Assembly (NCBI GenBank): GCA_947497455.1
Contig: CANMGU010000002.1
Location: 402,506 to 466,505 of the forward strand
DNA length: 64,000 nucleotides
Source: an uncultured Sphingomonadaceae bacterium
Lineage (GTDB): Bacteria > Pseudomonadota > Alphaproteobacteria > Sphingomonadales > Sphingomonadaceae
Direction of reading: 5' to 3'
The stretch's first letter is position 1. The number at the start of each line of letters is the position of its first letter. The notes under the pieces were generated by a model. That model was not told the DNA's origin, made no database searches, and saw only the letters and a list, made by a program, of their open reading frames with translations. This document shows, piece by piece, positions 55,898-64,000 of this stretch. The translations under genes were made by a program, and so were the position numbers.

Positions 55898-56326
55898 ATG
55901 TCTGCGTCGGACCATCGCCTCTATTTCATGCTGCAGCGTGTTGCACATTGCTTGAAGAAAAGTGCAGACACTGCTCTTAAGCAAACGGCGGGACTGACAA
56001 CGGCGCAAGCGGCTGCGTTGTCCATCATTGCCAAGGATGGACCGGTGACGCAGCGCTTTGTGGCGAACAAGCTTTCTCAACGGGAAAGTGCCGTCATGAC
56101 TATGGCAAACCGATTATTGGCCGCTGACTATATTAGCAGAAAGCGATCGGCCTCCGACGGAAGAGCATGGGAACTGGCCGTGACGCCAAAGGGAAAGATT
56201 GCGCTCAGTGATATCCGCATTCCATTTGGCGAGATTAATGCACTGATCGATGAAAGTCTCTCGGCCGCCGAGGTCAAAGAATTGGCAGGGAGCCTTGGAA
56301 AGATAATCACCGCGCTGGACGGTTAG
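55898..56326 (+). CDS. MarR-family transcriptional regulator
   Basis: It has a winged-HTH pattern (LT.AQAAALSIIAKDGPVTQRFVANKLSQRESAVMTMANRLLAADYISRKRS..DGRAWEL.VT.KG). It is divergent from the amidohydrolase gene. Confidence 0.8.
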   Translation: MSASDHRLYFMLQRVAHCLKKSADTALKQTAGLTTAQAAALSIIAKDGPVTQRFVANKLSQRESAVMTMANRLLAADYISRKRSASDGRAWELAVTPKGKIALSDIRIPFGEINALIDESLSAAEVKELAGSLGKIITALDG

Positions 56327-56357
56327 AAAAACCCTGGAATGAAGAGAGAGAAACGCG

Positions 56358-56738
56358 ATGCCAAGCCGCAAACGAGTTGAACAATTTATACACGCCGTTG
56401 TCCATGGTGATCACGACAAGGCAATCATGGATTTTTATCATGCCGACGCTTCTATGCAAGAAAATCTGGAGCCGCCGCGCCGTGGCCGAGAAAATCTCGT
56501 AGCGCATGAGAAGCAAGCGCTTGCCAATCTTCAGGAGATGAAGACTCACCCCCCGGAAACTGTAATGGTTGATGGCGATAATGTGATGATAGTCTGGACG
56601 TTTGATGCAACGGACAAGAATGGCGTAACGCGCCGATTGCATGAGATCACGCACCAGATGTGGTCTGACAACCACATCATGCAAGAGCGCTTCGTCTATG
56701 ACAGCGCAACCGCGTGGCAGATTGTCGACAACGAATGA
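56358..56738 (+). CDS. NTF2/SnoaL-like fold protein
   Basis: The 126-aa ORF has a pattern (VEQFIHAVVHGD..A...FYH.DASMQEN......GRE.L) that resembles SnoaL-like polyketide-cyclase-fold proteins. Confidence 0.5.
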   Translation: MPSRKRVEQFIHAVVHGDHDKAIMDFYHADASMQENLEPPRRGRENLVAHEKQALANLQEMKTHPPETVMVDGDNVMIVWTFDATDKNGVTRRLHEITHQMWSDNHIMQERFVYDSATAWQIVDNE

Positions 56739-56821
56739 TCACAAAAGACAATCACAGCTTGTCTATTTGAGAAACCTTCGCCTAACGTCCTTCAAAACAG
56801 TTTGAACAGGACATTATATTC

Positions 56822-57595
56822 ATGAATCTCAAAGACAAAATCATCGTGATTACGGGCGCTGCGAGTGGCATTGGCGCAGCGATGGCGCGGCGCTTCTCAG
56901 AAGCTGGCGCGAAGCATGTCATATGTGCAGACCGGGATCTGGCCGGTGCGCAGGCGGTAGCAGCCGACATTGGCGGAACGGCAATTCAAACCGATGTTTC
57001 TTCAGAGGCTGACATTACCTCCCTGATCGAGACCGTAGAGAATGATATCGGTCCGATTGCGCTGTTTGTATCCAATGCGGGCATCATCATGGAAGGTGGT
57101 GTCGAGGTTACCGACAACGACTGGCAGAAAATATGGGATATCAACGTTCTCGCCCATATTCGTGCAGCTCGCATCATGGTTCCGAAAATGCTTGCACGCG
57201 GTGGCGGCTATATCCTGAGCACGGCATCGGCAGCGGGCCTGCTTGCCCAAATCGGTTCGGCTCCTTACTCGGTGACTAAACATGCTGCAGTCAGTTTTGC
57301 CGAGTGGCTCGCCATTACCCATGGGGACGAAGGGCTGAAAGTGTCCGTATTGTGCCCGCAGGGTGTGGCCACCGCGATGACGGCCGATATAGATACCTCA
57401 ACGGTTGCGAAAGACGGCATGCTGACAGCCGAAGCGGTTGCCCAGATCACGCTTGATGCGATTGAGGAAGAGCGCTTCTTGATCCTGCCGCATCCGCAAG
57501 TCGCTGATTATATCAAGCAAAAGGGTAGTGACCCAGAGCGTTGGATATCTGGCATGCAAAGGTGGCAAGCAATGCTGATGTCAGGGAAGGGATAG
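56822..57595 (+). CDS. Short-chain dehydrogenase/reductase (SDR)
   Basis: It has the cofactor motif ITGAASGIGAA, NAG, and the catalytic YSVTKHA. Confidence 0.85.
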   Translation: MNLKDKIIVITGAASGIGAAMARRFSEAGAKHVICADRDLAGAQAVAADIGGTAIQTDVSSEADITSLIETVENDIGPIALFVSNAGIIMEGGVEVTDNDWQKIWDINVLAHIRAARIMVPKMLARGGGYILSTASAAGLLAQIGSAPYSVTKHAAVSFAEWLAITHGDEGLKVSVLCPQGVATAMTADIDTSTVAKDGMLTAEAVAQITLDAIEEERFLILPHPQVADYIKQKGSDPERWISGMQRWQAMLMSGKG

Positions 57596-57691
57596 TCAAA
57601 AGTCCTAACAATAATGGCCTGATAAAATGGAGCGTTGGGAAGACGTTCCGGTGCGACTAGCCTCCCGCGTAAATATAGAGGAGGATTCGAA

Positions 57692-58624
57692 ATGGCATTG
57701 GTATCTGTTGTTGGCGCAACCGGGCGTCAGGGTTTGGCTCAAATCAGGCAACTGGGCGCCACTGGCCACAGAGTTCGGGCATTGTCCCGCAGCGAAACAC
57801 CCGATCTTGGTGGCAGCAATATTGCCGATGAAGCGCGAATTTTCGATCTCTATGACGAGGAAACCTGGGTACCGGCTTTTGAAGGTTCTGACGCGGTATT
57901 CTATACCCATCCGCTGCAAGCGCGAGAAGATCGGGCAACGCTGACCGGGCGGGTTGCTGCTGCGGTTCAAAAAGCGGGCGGAAAGCGTTTTATCTGGAAC
58001 ACATCGAGCTGGATCCCGGAGCGTCCGGGTGATCCATTCACCTATGGCAATAACACGATCGCGGTAAATTCGATCTTCCGGTCAGGTGTGCCCGCGACGG
58101 TTTTTGGATCAGTCCTTTTCATGGACAATCTCCTGACCAACTGGGCGCGGCCGTTCATCGTCGACGAAAGCCGCTATGTCTATCCGCATGAGGCGCATCT
58201 GGAAGCAAACTGGATTAGCCTGGATGATGTCGGCAAATGTATGGTGGCTGCGATGGACCGCCCTGATTTCGAAGGGTCATGGCTAAATATCGGTGGACCG
58301 CAGCGGATCAAACCGCCGCAGGTTGCCGAAATTTTGTCGAAAGTCTTCGGTCGCGAGATCAAATATGATCCTTGCACACCGACAGAATTTGGTGACCTTT
58401 TGGTGGGTGCCTTCGGTGATGATGTGCCGGAAGAAAACCGTGAAACCATGTCTGCCGGCATTGCTGCCTTTTATGAATATAACAACAAGGCAGAGACCAA
58501 ACCATTCTGGGTCAATACCGATTTCGTGCAGCAGCGCCTGCCTGAGGTTGAGTTTGAAACGCTCGAACAATGGGCCGCGCGGCAGGACTGGTCAGACAGT
58601 GCGCACAGACCACCCGCAGGATAA
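57692..58624 (+). CDS. NmrA-family NAD(P)-binding protein
   Basis: The ATG at 57692 has a GAGGAG RBS. It carries the motif VSVVGATGRQG and has NmrA-like length. Confidence 0.8.
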   Translation: MALVSVVGATGRQGLAQIRQLGATGHRVRALSRSETPDLGGSNIADEARIFDLYDEETWVPAFEGSDAVFYTHPLQAREDRATLTGRVAAAVQKAGGKRFIWNTSSWIPERPGDPFTYGNNTIAVNSIFRSGVPATVFGSVLFMDNLLTNWARPFIVDESRYVYPHEAHLEANWISLDDVGKCMVAAMDRPDFEGSWLNIGGPQRIKPPQVAEILSKVFGREIKYDPCTPTEFGDLLVGAFGDDVPEENRETMSAGIAAFYEYNNKAETKPFWVNTDFVQQRLPEVEFETLEQWAARQDWSDSAHRPPAG

Positions 58625-58629
58625 GGCAA

Positions 58630-59397
58630 ATGACGAAACGCTTGGAAGGCAAGGTTGCGCTCGTCACAGGCGGTGCCTCTCGTCCGGGCATTGGCGCTGC
58701 GATCGCGGAGCGGCTGGCGGAAGAAAATGCAATCATCGTGCTCAGTGACATCGATCACGCTGGTGTGGAAGAAACGGCGGCGCTGATTCGTGAACAGGGC
58801 GGTAACGCAACAGCTGTGAAACAGGACGTCACGTCACAGCGGGATTGGGAAAAGGTGACAAAGGCATTGCTTACCGAGCATGGACGGCTGGATGTGCTGG
58901 TCAACAATGCGGGCATTTTGGATGTTGCTCCGATTCATAGCGAAAATGCAATACCCGCGCTTCGTCGACAGTTTGATGTCAATGTCGAGGGCAGCTTCAT
59001 GGGAACACAGGCGGCCGTCACGGCGATGCGGCAATCCGGAGGAGGATCGATTATCAATCTGTCTTCGGTTGCCGGACTTGTTGGTTTTCGGGGTAGTGCC
59101 AGCTATGCTGCATCGAAAGGCGCCGTGAAATTGTTCAGCAAATCGGTGGCGCTAGAAGTGGCGGCTGAGAATATTCGGGTCAATACAGTACATCCGGGCA
59201 TTATCCGCACCAATATGCAAAGCGCAGGCGCGGATACAAATTCGGAAAATTACCAGGCAATAGAGTCAGCCATCCCAGCGGGCAGATTGGGCGAGCCGAG
59301 AGACATCGCCAATTGTGTGTTGTTTTTGGCATCGGATGAATCGACTTATGTGACCGGTGCTGAATTTGTGATTGATGGCGGTTACACGGCGCAGTAG
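58630..59397 (+). CDS. Short-chain dehydrogenase/reductase (SDR, FabG-like)
   Basis: It has the motifs VTGGASRPGIGAA, NNAG, and the catalytic YAASKGA and PG.I.T. Confidence 0.9.
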   Translation: MTKRLEGKVALVTGGASRPGIGAAIAERLAEENAIIVLSDIDHAGVEETAALIREQGGNATAVKQDVTSQRDWEKVTKALLTEHGRLDVLVNNAGILDVAPIHSENAIPALRRQFDVNVEGSFMGTQAAVTAMRQSGGGSIINLSSVAGLVGFRGSASYAASKGAVKLFSKSVALEVAAENIRVNTVHPGIIRTNMQSAGADTNSENYQAIESAIPAGRLGEPRDIANCVLFLASDESTYVTGAEFVIDGGYTAQ

Positions 59398-59465
59398 CGG
59401 GAAAATTTTGATATGATTGAACCTTTTGGCGCTTTGCTCCGACTATAGGAGTAAAGGTCATCAGG

Positions 59466-60029
59466 ATGTCTATGCGTTACAGCGAAACCGAGCGGATTTA
59501 TGACGAGCTGTTGCTGACCCGGATCCAGGCCGGGGACCGGCACGCGGGCGAACGATTGGCGGCAAGATGGCATCCGCGCTTGATGCGGACGGCCTATCGG
59601 CTTTTGCGCGATGAGGAACAGGCGCGTGTTGCGGTTCAGGAGGCGTGGAGCGGCATTTGCAAAGGATGGCGCGGTTTGCGCAATCCATCGCGCTTTCCGG
59701 CATGGGCTTATACAATCCTGCACCGCAAATGCGCGGATCAGATTGGCAGAAACCAGAAGTATCGGAACCGCCATGCCGTTGTTGTTGAAGATGCGGAAAT
59801 TTCCGTAGCACCGCGCGGCGAAGATAAGGTCACGATTGATCAGGCCTTTGATCGGTTAAGCGACGATCATCGAACAACCGCTCTGCTCTATTTCGGTGAA
59901 GGGCTGACCATTAAGGAAATTGCTGCGGTGACGGGTGCAGCAATCGGGACAGCAAAATCCCGCCTGTTTCACGCGCGCCGACATTTAAAGGCCGCACTAG
60001 ATGACGAACTTTATGAAGGAGAATCATGA
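59466..60029 (+). CDS. ECF-type RNA polymerase sigma-70 family factor
   Basis: It has region 2 (..RLMRTAYRLLRDEEQARVAVQEAW...) and a region 4 HTH (GLTIKEIAAVTGAAIGTAKSRLFHARRHLK). Confidence 0.85.
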   Translation: MSMRYSETERIYDELLLTRIQAGDRHAGERLAARWHPRLMRTAYRLLRDEEQARVAVQEAWSGICKGWRGLRNPSRFPAWAYTILHRKCADQIGRNQKYRNRHAVVVEDAEISVAPRGEDKVTIDQAFDRLSDDHRTTALLYFGEGLTIKEIAAVTGAAIGTAKSRLFHARRHLKAALDDELYEGES

Positions 60030-60403
60030 TGACAAAATTTGATGATAAGCTGGGCGCTACGCTGAGTGCCGAGGACAAGGCTTTCCTCCAGGATCTCGAA
60101 AATGGTCGCGGCCTTTTTGAGCAACTGGGTGCTACCTTGCAAGGGCCGATGCGCTTCTGGTCCTATTTGATCACGATCATAACATTCTTCGTTGCGATGG
60201 GCGCATTCTATGCTGGTTGGCGCGCCTTTAACGCTGTTGACACGAGAGAAATAATATTGTGGTCGGCCGGCGTTATACTTCTTTTCATGATGGTCGGTTT
60301 TTCGAAGAACTGGATTTTCCAGAGAATGAATTTGCTGTCGGTCCTAACTGAGCTGAAAGCCCTGGAATTGCGCGTCGTGCAATTGAGCGACAGGCTGAAA
60401 TAA
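60026..60403 (+). CDS. Small two-TM membrane protein, translationally coupled to the ECF sigma gene (possible anti-sigma or accessory factor)
   Basis: Its ATGA start overlaps the sigma gene stop. It has two hydrophobic segments (FWSYLITIITFFVAMGAFYAGW, IILWSAGVILLFMMVGF) and a C-terminal amphipathic helix. Confidence 0.5.
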   Translation: MMTKFDDKLGATLSAEDKAFLQDLENGRGLFEQLGATLQGPMRFWSYLITIITFFVAMGAFYAGWRAFNAVDTREIILWSAGVILLFMMVGFSKNWIFQRMNLLSVLTELKALELRVVQLSDRLK

Positions 60404-60410
60404 TCGTGGC

Positions 60411-61421
60411 TCAGGCGATCATCCGTTCAATGAACCAATAGGTTGCGATGATACCAATCGCATAGGAAGTTGCTGTCTTTGTGGGTTGGAGCCATGGCTG
60501 CTGAAAGCGGCGGATTAGTGCCAGCAGAGCGAAGGCAATCGCGACAATCAGCAATTGTCCGATTTCAACGCCAAGGTTAAAGGTCAACAACGCCATCGGA
60601 ATGTCGTCCTGCGGCAATCCGATCTCGGCCAAGGCACCGGCAAAACCAAAACCATGGAGTAGGCCGAAAAGAAAAGCGACGATCCACGGGAAGCGTTCTG
60701 AAAGACGTGGTCCATGGGTGTCATGATCCCTCTGCGCCTTGACGATCTCGACCGCGAGGAAAATAATCGACAGGGCGATGATCGCTTCAACTGGCTGAGA
60801 GGGTAGGGACATATAGCCGAGCGTAGAGCCGATTAGGGTGATGCTGTGCGCGATCGTGAAGGCGGTAACTGTTTTTGCAACGAGCCAGCCGCCTTTCAGT
60901 AAAAGGACAAGTGCCAGGACGAATAGAAGGTGGTCGAAGCCGAGTATGATATGCTCGATACCGATGACGGTATAGGTCCACGCAACGTTAGCAATTGCGT
61001 CTTTTTGTGCGATTGTTGCGACAGAGGCCTTGGGTGTCAGTCGAAGGGTTTGTGTTTCTTCGCCAATCGGTGCGATCCTCACCAGAGCATCGGTGGTGCT
61101 GAGCTCCAAGCCTTTCAATCCAACAATCTCACCTGCGATCGACCCCGTGCATTTGATGGACCGGGTGGTGATGATATTGGTTGCCGCAAATCGTTTTTCC
61201 GTTTCACCGATTTGAGTGCAATTGCCGGGCAAAATCACCTCACCCGATCGGCCCAACCGCGAGCGCTCGGATGCTTTCCACAACAGATGCCAATCGCTTT
61301 CAGATTGTTGCGTGAATTCGACATAGGCTGGACGCAGTTCATCAGCGCTGGCTGGCGAAACAGAGATTAATGTGCAGATTATGAGCGCTAGAGTAGAGAG
61401 ACAAAATTTCATGGGCGACAT
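60411..61421 (-). CDS. HupE/UreJ-family membrane protein with a roughly 140-aa N-terminal periplasmic extension
   Basis: A signal peptide is followed by an extra soluble region and then the HupE core (GIEHIILGFDHLLFVLALVLLL, multiple TM segments, LHGFGFA). Confidence 0.8.
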   Translation of the reverse strand: MSPMKFCLSTLALIICTLISVSPASADELRPAYVEFTQQSESDWHLLWKASERSRLGRSGEVILPGNCTQIGETEKRFAATNIITTRSIKCTGSIAGEIVGLKGLELSTTDALVRIAPIGEETQTLRLTPKASVATIAQKDAIANVAWTYTVIGIEHIILGFDHLLFVLALVLLLKGGWLVAKTVTAFTIAHSITLIGSTLGYMSLPSQPVEAIIALSIIFLAVEIVKAQRDHDTHGPRLSERFPWIVAFLFGLLHGFGFAGALAEIGLPQDDIPMALLTFNLGVEIGQLLIVAIAFALLALIRRFQQPWLQPTKTATSYAIGIIATYWFIERMIA

Positions 61422-61422
61422 T

Positions 61423-62244
61423 TCATCGACGCCCGGTAACTGTCACATCATATTGCTCTCGGTATCTGTTCAATGTCGCCTCTTCCTGGGTCTCTGTTTG
61501 CGCTGCGCGCCAGTCATTGGTGACGCGTTGGCGAGCGTCCTCAAGCCTGCTGGCTTTTCCGGGTATTTTGGTGGTGATCTTGACCAGGTGAAGGCCGAAG
61601 CCCGATAGGATTGGCCCTTGCCAGTTGCCGGTTTCCAAGCCGGCCAGGGAACTTGCAAATTTCTCGCCAAACTGACGCGATATATCTGCAGTTTCTGCTC
61701 TGCGCAGTTGACCGGGTAACGAAATCGGTCGTCCAGCATCCTCAGATTGAATTGTGCCCTGGTTCAGATCGCTTATCAACTGGGCGATACGCGCATCATC
61801 GCGCGTGTCTGGTTGTCCAAGATAGATTTGCTCCAGATCATAGAGCGAAGACTGCGCATATCTTTTCGGATGTTCATCCAGCCATTTTTGCAAAACCGCG
61901 TCGGTCGGTTCCTTTGCCACCATCTCTTCATTGTCGAGGAATCGCATTTTTGTGAACAGACGACGACGGATAACAGGATCGTTGCGATCGAGGCCAAGGC
62001 GCAGGGCCTCGCGATAATAAATTTCTTCCCTGATCTCCTGATCGATCAAACCATCTAGCTCGGATTCCGTTGGCGCACGGCGAAAATTTTGCACCCAGCC
62101 CGCCTTCAACCGATCGATATCGGTTTCACTGATGGTGATCTCATAGTCCGCTGGATCGCGGTTCGATCCCGTCGCCCAGAAAAATGCGAAGACCAATAAT
62201 GCCCCGCCCAGAAAATGGACTAGAGGCTCTTTCAGCAACTTCAT
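61423..62244 (-). CDS. Membrane-anchored parvulin-like peptidyl-prolyl isomerase family protein (Rotamase_2-like)
   Basis: It has an N-terminal TM segment (FLGGALLVFAFFWA), a SurA-N-like helical region (IREEIYYREALRLGLDRNDPVIRRRL) and a C-terminal WQGPILSGFGLHLVKI. Confidence 0.65.
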   Translation of the reverse strand: MKLLKEPLVHFLGGALLVFAFFWATGSNRDPADYEITISETDIDRLKAGWVQNFRRAPTESELDGLIDQEIREEIYYREALRLGLDRNDPVIRRRLFTKMRFLDNEEMVAKEPTDAVLQKWLDEHPKRYAQSSLYDLEQIYLGQPDTRDDARIAQLISDLNQGTIQSEDAGRPISLPGQLRRAETADISRQFGEKFASSLAGLETGNWQGPILSGFGLHLVKITTKIPGKASRLEDARQRVTNDWRAAQTETQEEATLNRYREQYDVTVTGRR

Positions 62245-62292
62245 CTCTGCACGATACTCCTGATGTGCCGCGCTGGTCGCGCAGCTATATGG

Positions 62293-63999
62293 TCAGCTTG
62301 TTGAAGCGCTTGGTGTATACCAGATCGGTGATGAATAGGCCCGTTCCTGCTGGATCTTGATGACATCATCCGGGAGTGTCAGGCCGAATTTCAGCGCATC
62401 ATAAACCGGCCATGTTGGTGTTGGTATTTCGAGCACACGCACATAGTAAAATGCATTTTGCTGCGCTTCGAAATCGGGATCTCGCCACCATGTTATGAGT
62501 TCCGGCGCGCCGATATTATTTTCCCAGGTACCCTTGGTGAGATCCACAGTATTGCCGACGGCGGTCAGTTTTCCGTCAGCGCTCACCGTGCGGCTATCAG
62601 GACTGCTCCAGCTGACATTGTAGATTTTCTCTTGCGATTTTCCGTCGGCATCAATCCATCCTTTGACCACCTGGATCCGATCAAGATTAGCACTTTCAGG
62701 GTCCATCAGAGCGGAAATGAGGAAGCTTGGAGACTTTCCTTCTCCACCTGTGAGATCACCTCCCATCGGAACACCCTTGGCGTAGCCGGTTTTGACCAGA
62801 TCACCGGTGTCGCCTTCGGCAAAGTCAAAACCGCCAAAGAAACGCACCTGCATACGTGGGCCAGTTGTTGCATAAACTTCGCGGCGCATCATCGCATCAA
62901 AAATCGCTTCGCGCGTGTTGCTGGTTGCCCAGACTGCGGCATAGCCACTCGACAGATAGTGCCAGCCAAACCGGCCTCTGCGTGTGCCAAGATTTTGCGG
63001 CGCCATTGCGCGGTCTTTGTTGTTGATCTCGTTGCCGCTGTGCTTGCCGTAAAAATTATTCTCGTCCGCGGTGGCCAGTGACGTATGGCTGTCGGTTGAA
63101 CCGATCATGCCAAATTTGAACGGATTAGCGCCCATTTTCTGTGTGAATTCCAGACCGCGCTTCAAGGCTTCGCGGGCATAGCTGCCGCTATAGCTTTCCG
63201 GAGGCATATCCTTGCCGCAACTCAGATTGCATTTGTCCCAACCGGCATCGCCATAATTGGCAAATTCATCGTTGGGAGAGAGGAATGGATGGCTTTCACT
63301 GTCGCCCTTAATCTGGGTGACCTCGACAATGGGCTCGCGCAGAGCACGCGTTTTAATATAGGCCTCATCGATCGGACTGCCGTCCAGCTTGTTCATCGCA
63401 AACATGCGGCCGTTAGACACATTGCTGTTATGCGGGATAGCCAGGACTTTTCCGCCCGTGCTTTTTTCATAGGCGGCCATATAGGCCCAAAGCTGTTCCG
63501 GATCGCCGGCGTCAAAGCTGGCGAAGGGGAGCATGGTGCTAGTCTTGTCGGCACCGTCACGGAACATAACGACGCGATGCAGATTATCTCCGCCAGGCAT
63601 GGGCGTATATTCAAAGCCGTGAAAAGCAGTAAACTTGCCGGGCTCGTTATACTCATCCAGCGTCTCGCCATGTTCTGTCCACAGCGATTTGATCCGATCG
63701 GCCGATTCTTCCGGGTCGAAAAGACCTTCGGGCAAAGTCCCGGCAGCCGCGCCGTCGATGAGCTCAGCCGTGACCGCCAGCGAACCTTCGTCGCTTTCGT
63801 GCATCATATCATACCACCGGAGTAAAAAATCATTGCCTAAAAGTGCAATGCGCGGCGCTTCATAAAGCGCCTTGGTCGCACCTACGGCGTCGCTGTGATC
63901 CGCGATTACCAGAAAGTCGAGAGGGCGGGAGAGCTTGGCCTTTTCGCCCTTGGTTGCGGTCACTTCCTCGCCTTTGGCGAAGCGCAACGCTGCCTCGGT
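62293..63999 (-). CDS. DUF3604-family protein, probable metal-dependent PHP-like hydrolase; the N-terminus lies beyond the window edge
   Basis: The frame is open to nt 63999. His/Asp-rich motifs are present (VIADHSDAVG, FHGFEYTP, AIPHNSNVSNG, GSTDSHTS). The size and pattern resemble DUF3604. Confidence 0.65.
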   Translation of the reverse strand, partial: TEAALRFAKGEEVTATKGEKAKLSRPLDFLVIADHSDAVGATKALYEAPRIALLGNDFLLRWYDMMHESDEGSLAVTAELIDGAAAGTLPEGLFDPEESADRIKSLWTEHGETLDEYNEPGKFTAFHGFEYTPMPGGDNLHRVVMFRDGADKTSTMLPFASFDAGDPEQLWAYMAAYEKSTGGKVLAIPHNSNVSNGRMFAMNKLDGSPIDEAYIKTRALREPIVEVTQIKGDSESHPFLSPNDEFANYGDAGWDKCNLSCGKDMPPESYSGSYAREALKRGLEFTQKMGANPFKFGMIGSTDSHTSLATADENNFYGKHSGNEINNKDRAMAPQNLGTRRGRFGWHYLSSGYAAVWATSNTREAIFDAMMRREVYATTGPRMQVRFFGGFDFAEGDTGDLVKTGYAKGVPMGGDLTGGEGKSPSFLISALMDPESANLDRIQVVKGWIDADGKSQEKIYNVSWSSPDSRTVSADGKLTAVGNTVDLTKGTWENNIGAPELITWWRDPDFEAQQNAFYYVRVLEIPTPTWPVYDALKFGLTLPDDVIKIQQERAYSSPIWYTPSASTS

Positions 64000-64000
64000 G

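Noticed and set aside
1-64000. A search for rRNA, tRNA, CRISPR arrays, IS elements, transposases, integrases, prophage genes or toxin-antitoxin pairs
   Set aside because: I saw no cloverleaf-like intergenic sequence, no regularly spaced direct repeats, no transposase- or integrase-like ORF and no terminal inverted repeats. All intergenic regions are short (under 310 bp). The window seems to be stable core chromosome with embedded accessory operons and no mobile DNA.

Overview
This window looks like the origin-proximal core chromosome of an alphaproteobacterium, with Sphingomonadales-like gene order and about 50-55% GC. I found no rRNA, tRNA, CRISPR array or mobile element. The backbone is housekeeping: lptE-holA, msrB, a class A PBP, hpf-ptsN, dnaQ-coaE-aroE-maf-ppsR-like, hemE-hemJ, rho, and mnmE-mnmG-rsmG-parA-parB. 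The 305-bp gap between the DUF299/PpsR-like gene and hemE carries four DnaA-box 9-mers and an AT-rich block, so I call it oriC. Four parS-type palindromes sit near it. Three accessory modules stand out. (1) At 26.4-30.8 kb there is an uncharacterised chaperone-usher-like operon: a DUF4402-type secreted subunit, a PapD-like chaperone and a 919-aa usher-like outer-membrane protein. A stem-loop follows the subunit gene, and an orphan subunit paralog lies at 1.5-2.0 kb. (2) At 33.9-45.8 kb there is a TetR-controlled Atu-like operon (AtuA, acyl-CoA carboxylase beta and alpha subunits, enoyl-CoA hydratase). It has a non-canonical tail of an NMO-like flavoenzyme, a family III CoA-transferase, a DinB/MDMPI-like protein and an acyl-CoA synthetase. 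Beta-oxidation genes follow it. (3) At 59.5-64.0 kb an ECF sigma factor and a small membrane protein lie next to a DUF3604 / membrane-anchored parvulin-like / N-terminally extended HupE-UreJ operon. Smaller items are an alphaproteobacterial SOS box in front of mmcB, a MarR-linked catabolic islet containing an amidohydrolase with degenerate metal ligands, and a 12-bp in-frame tandem repeat in maf. All calls rest on motif recognition and gene context. No database search was run.
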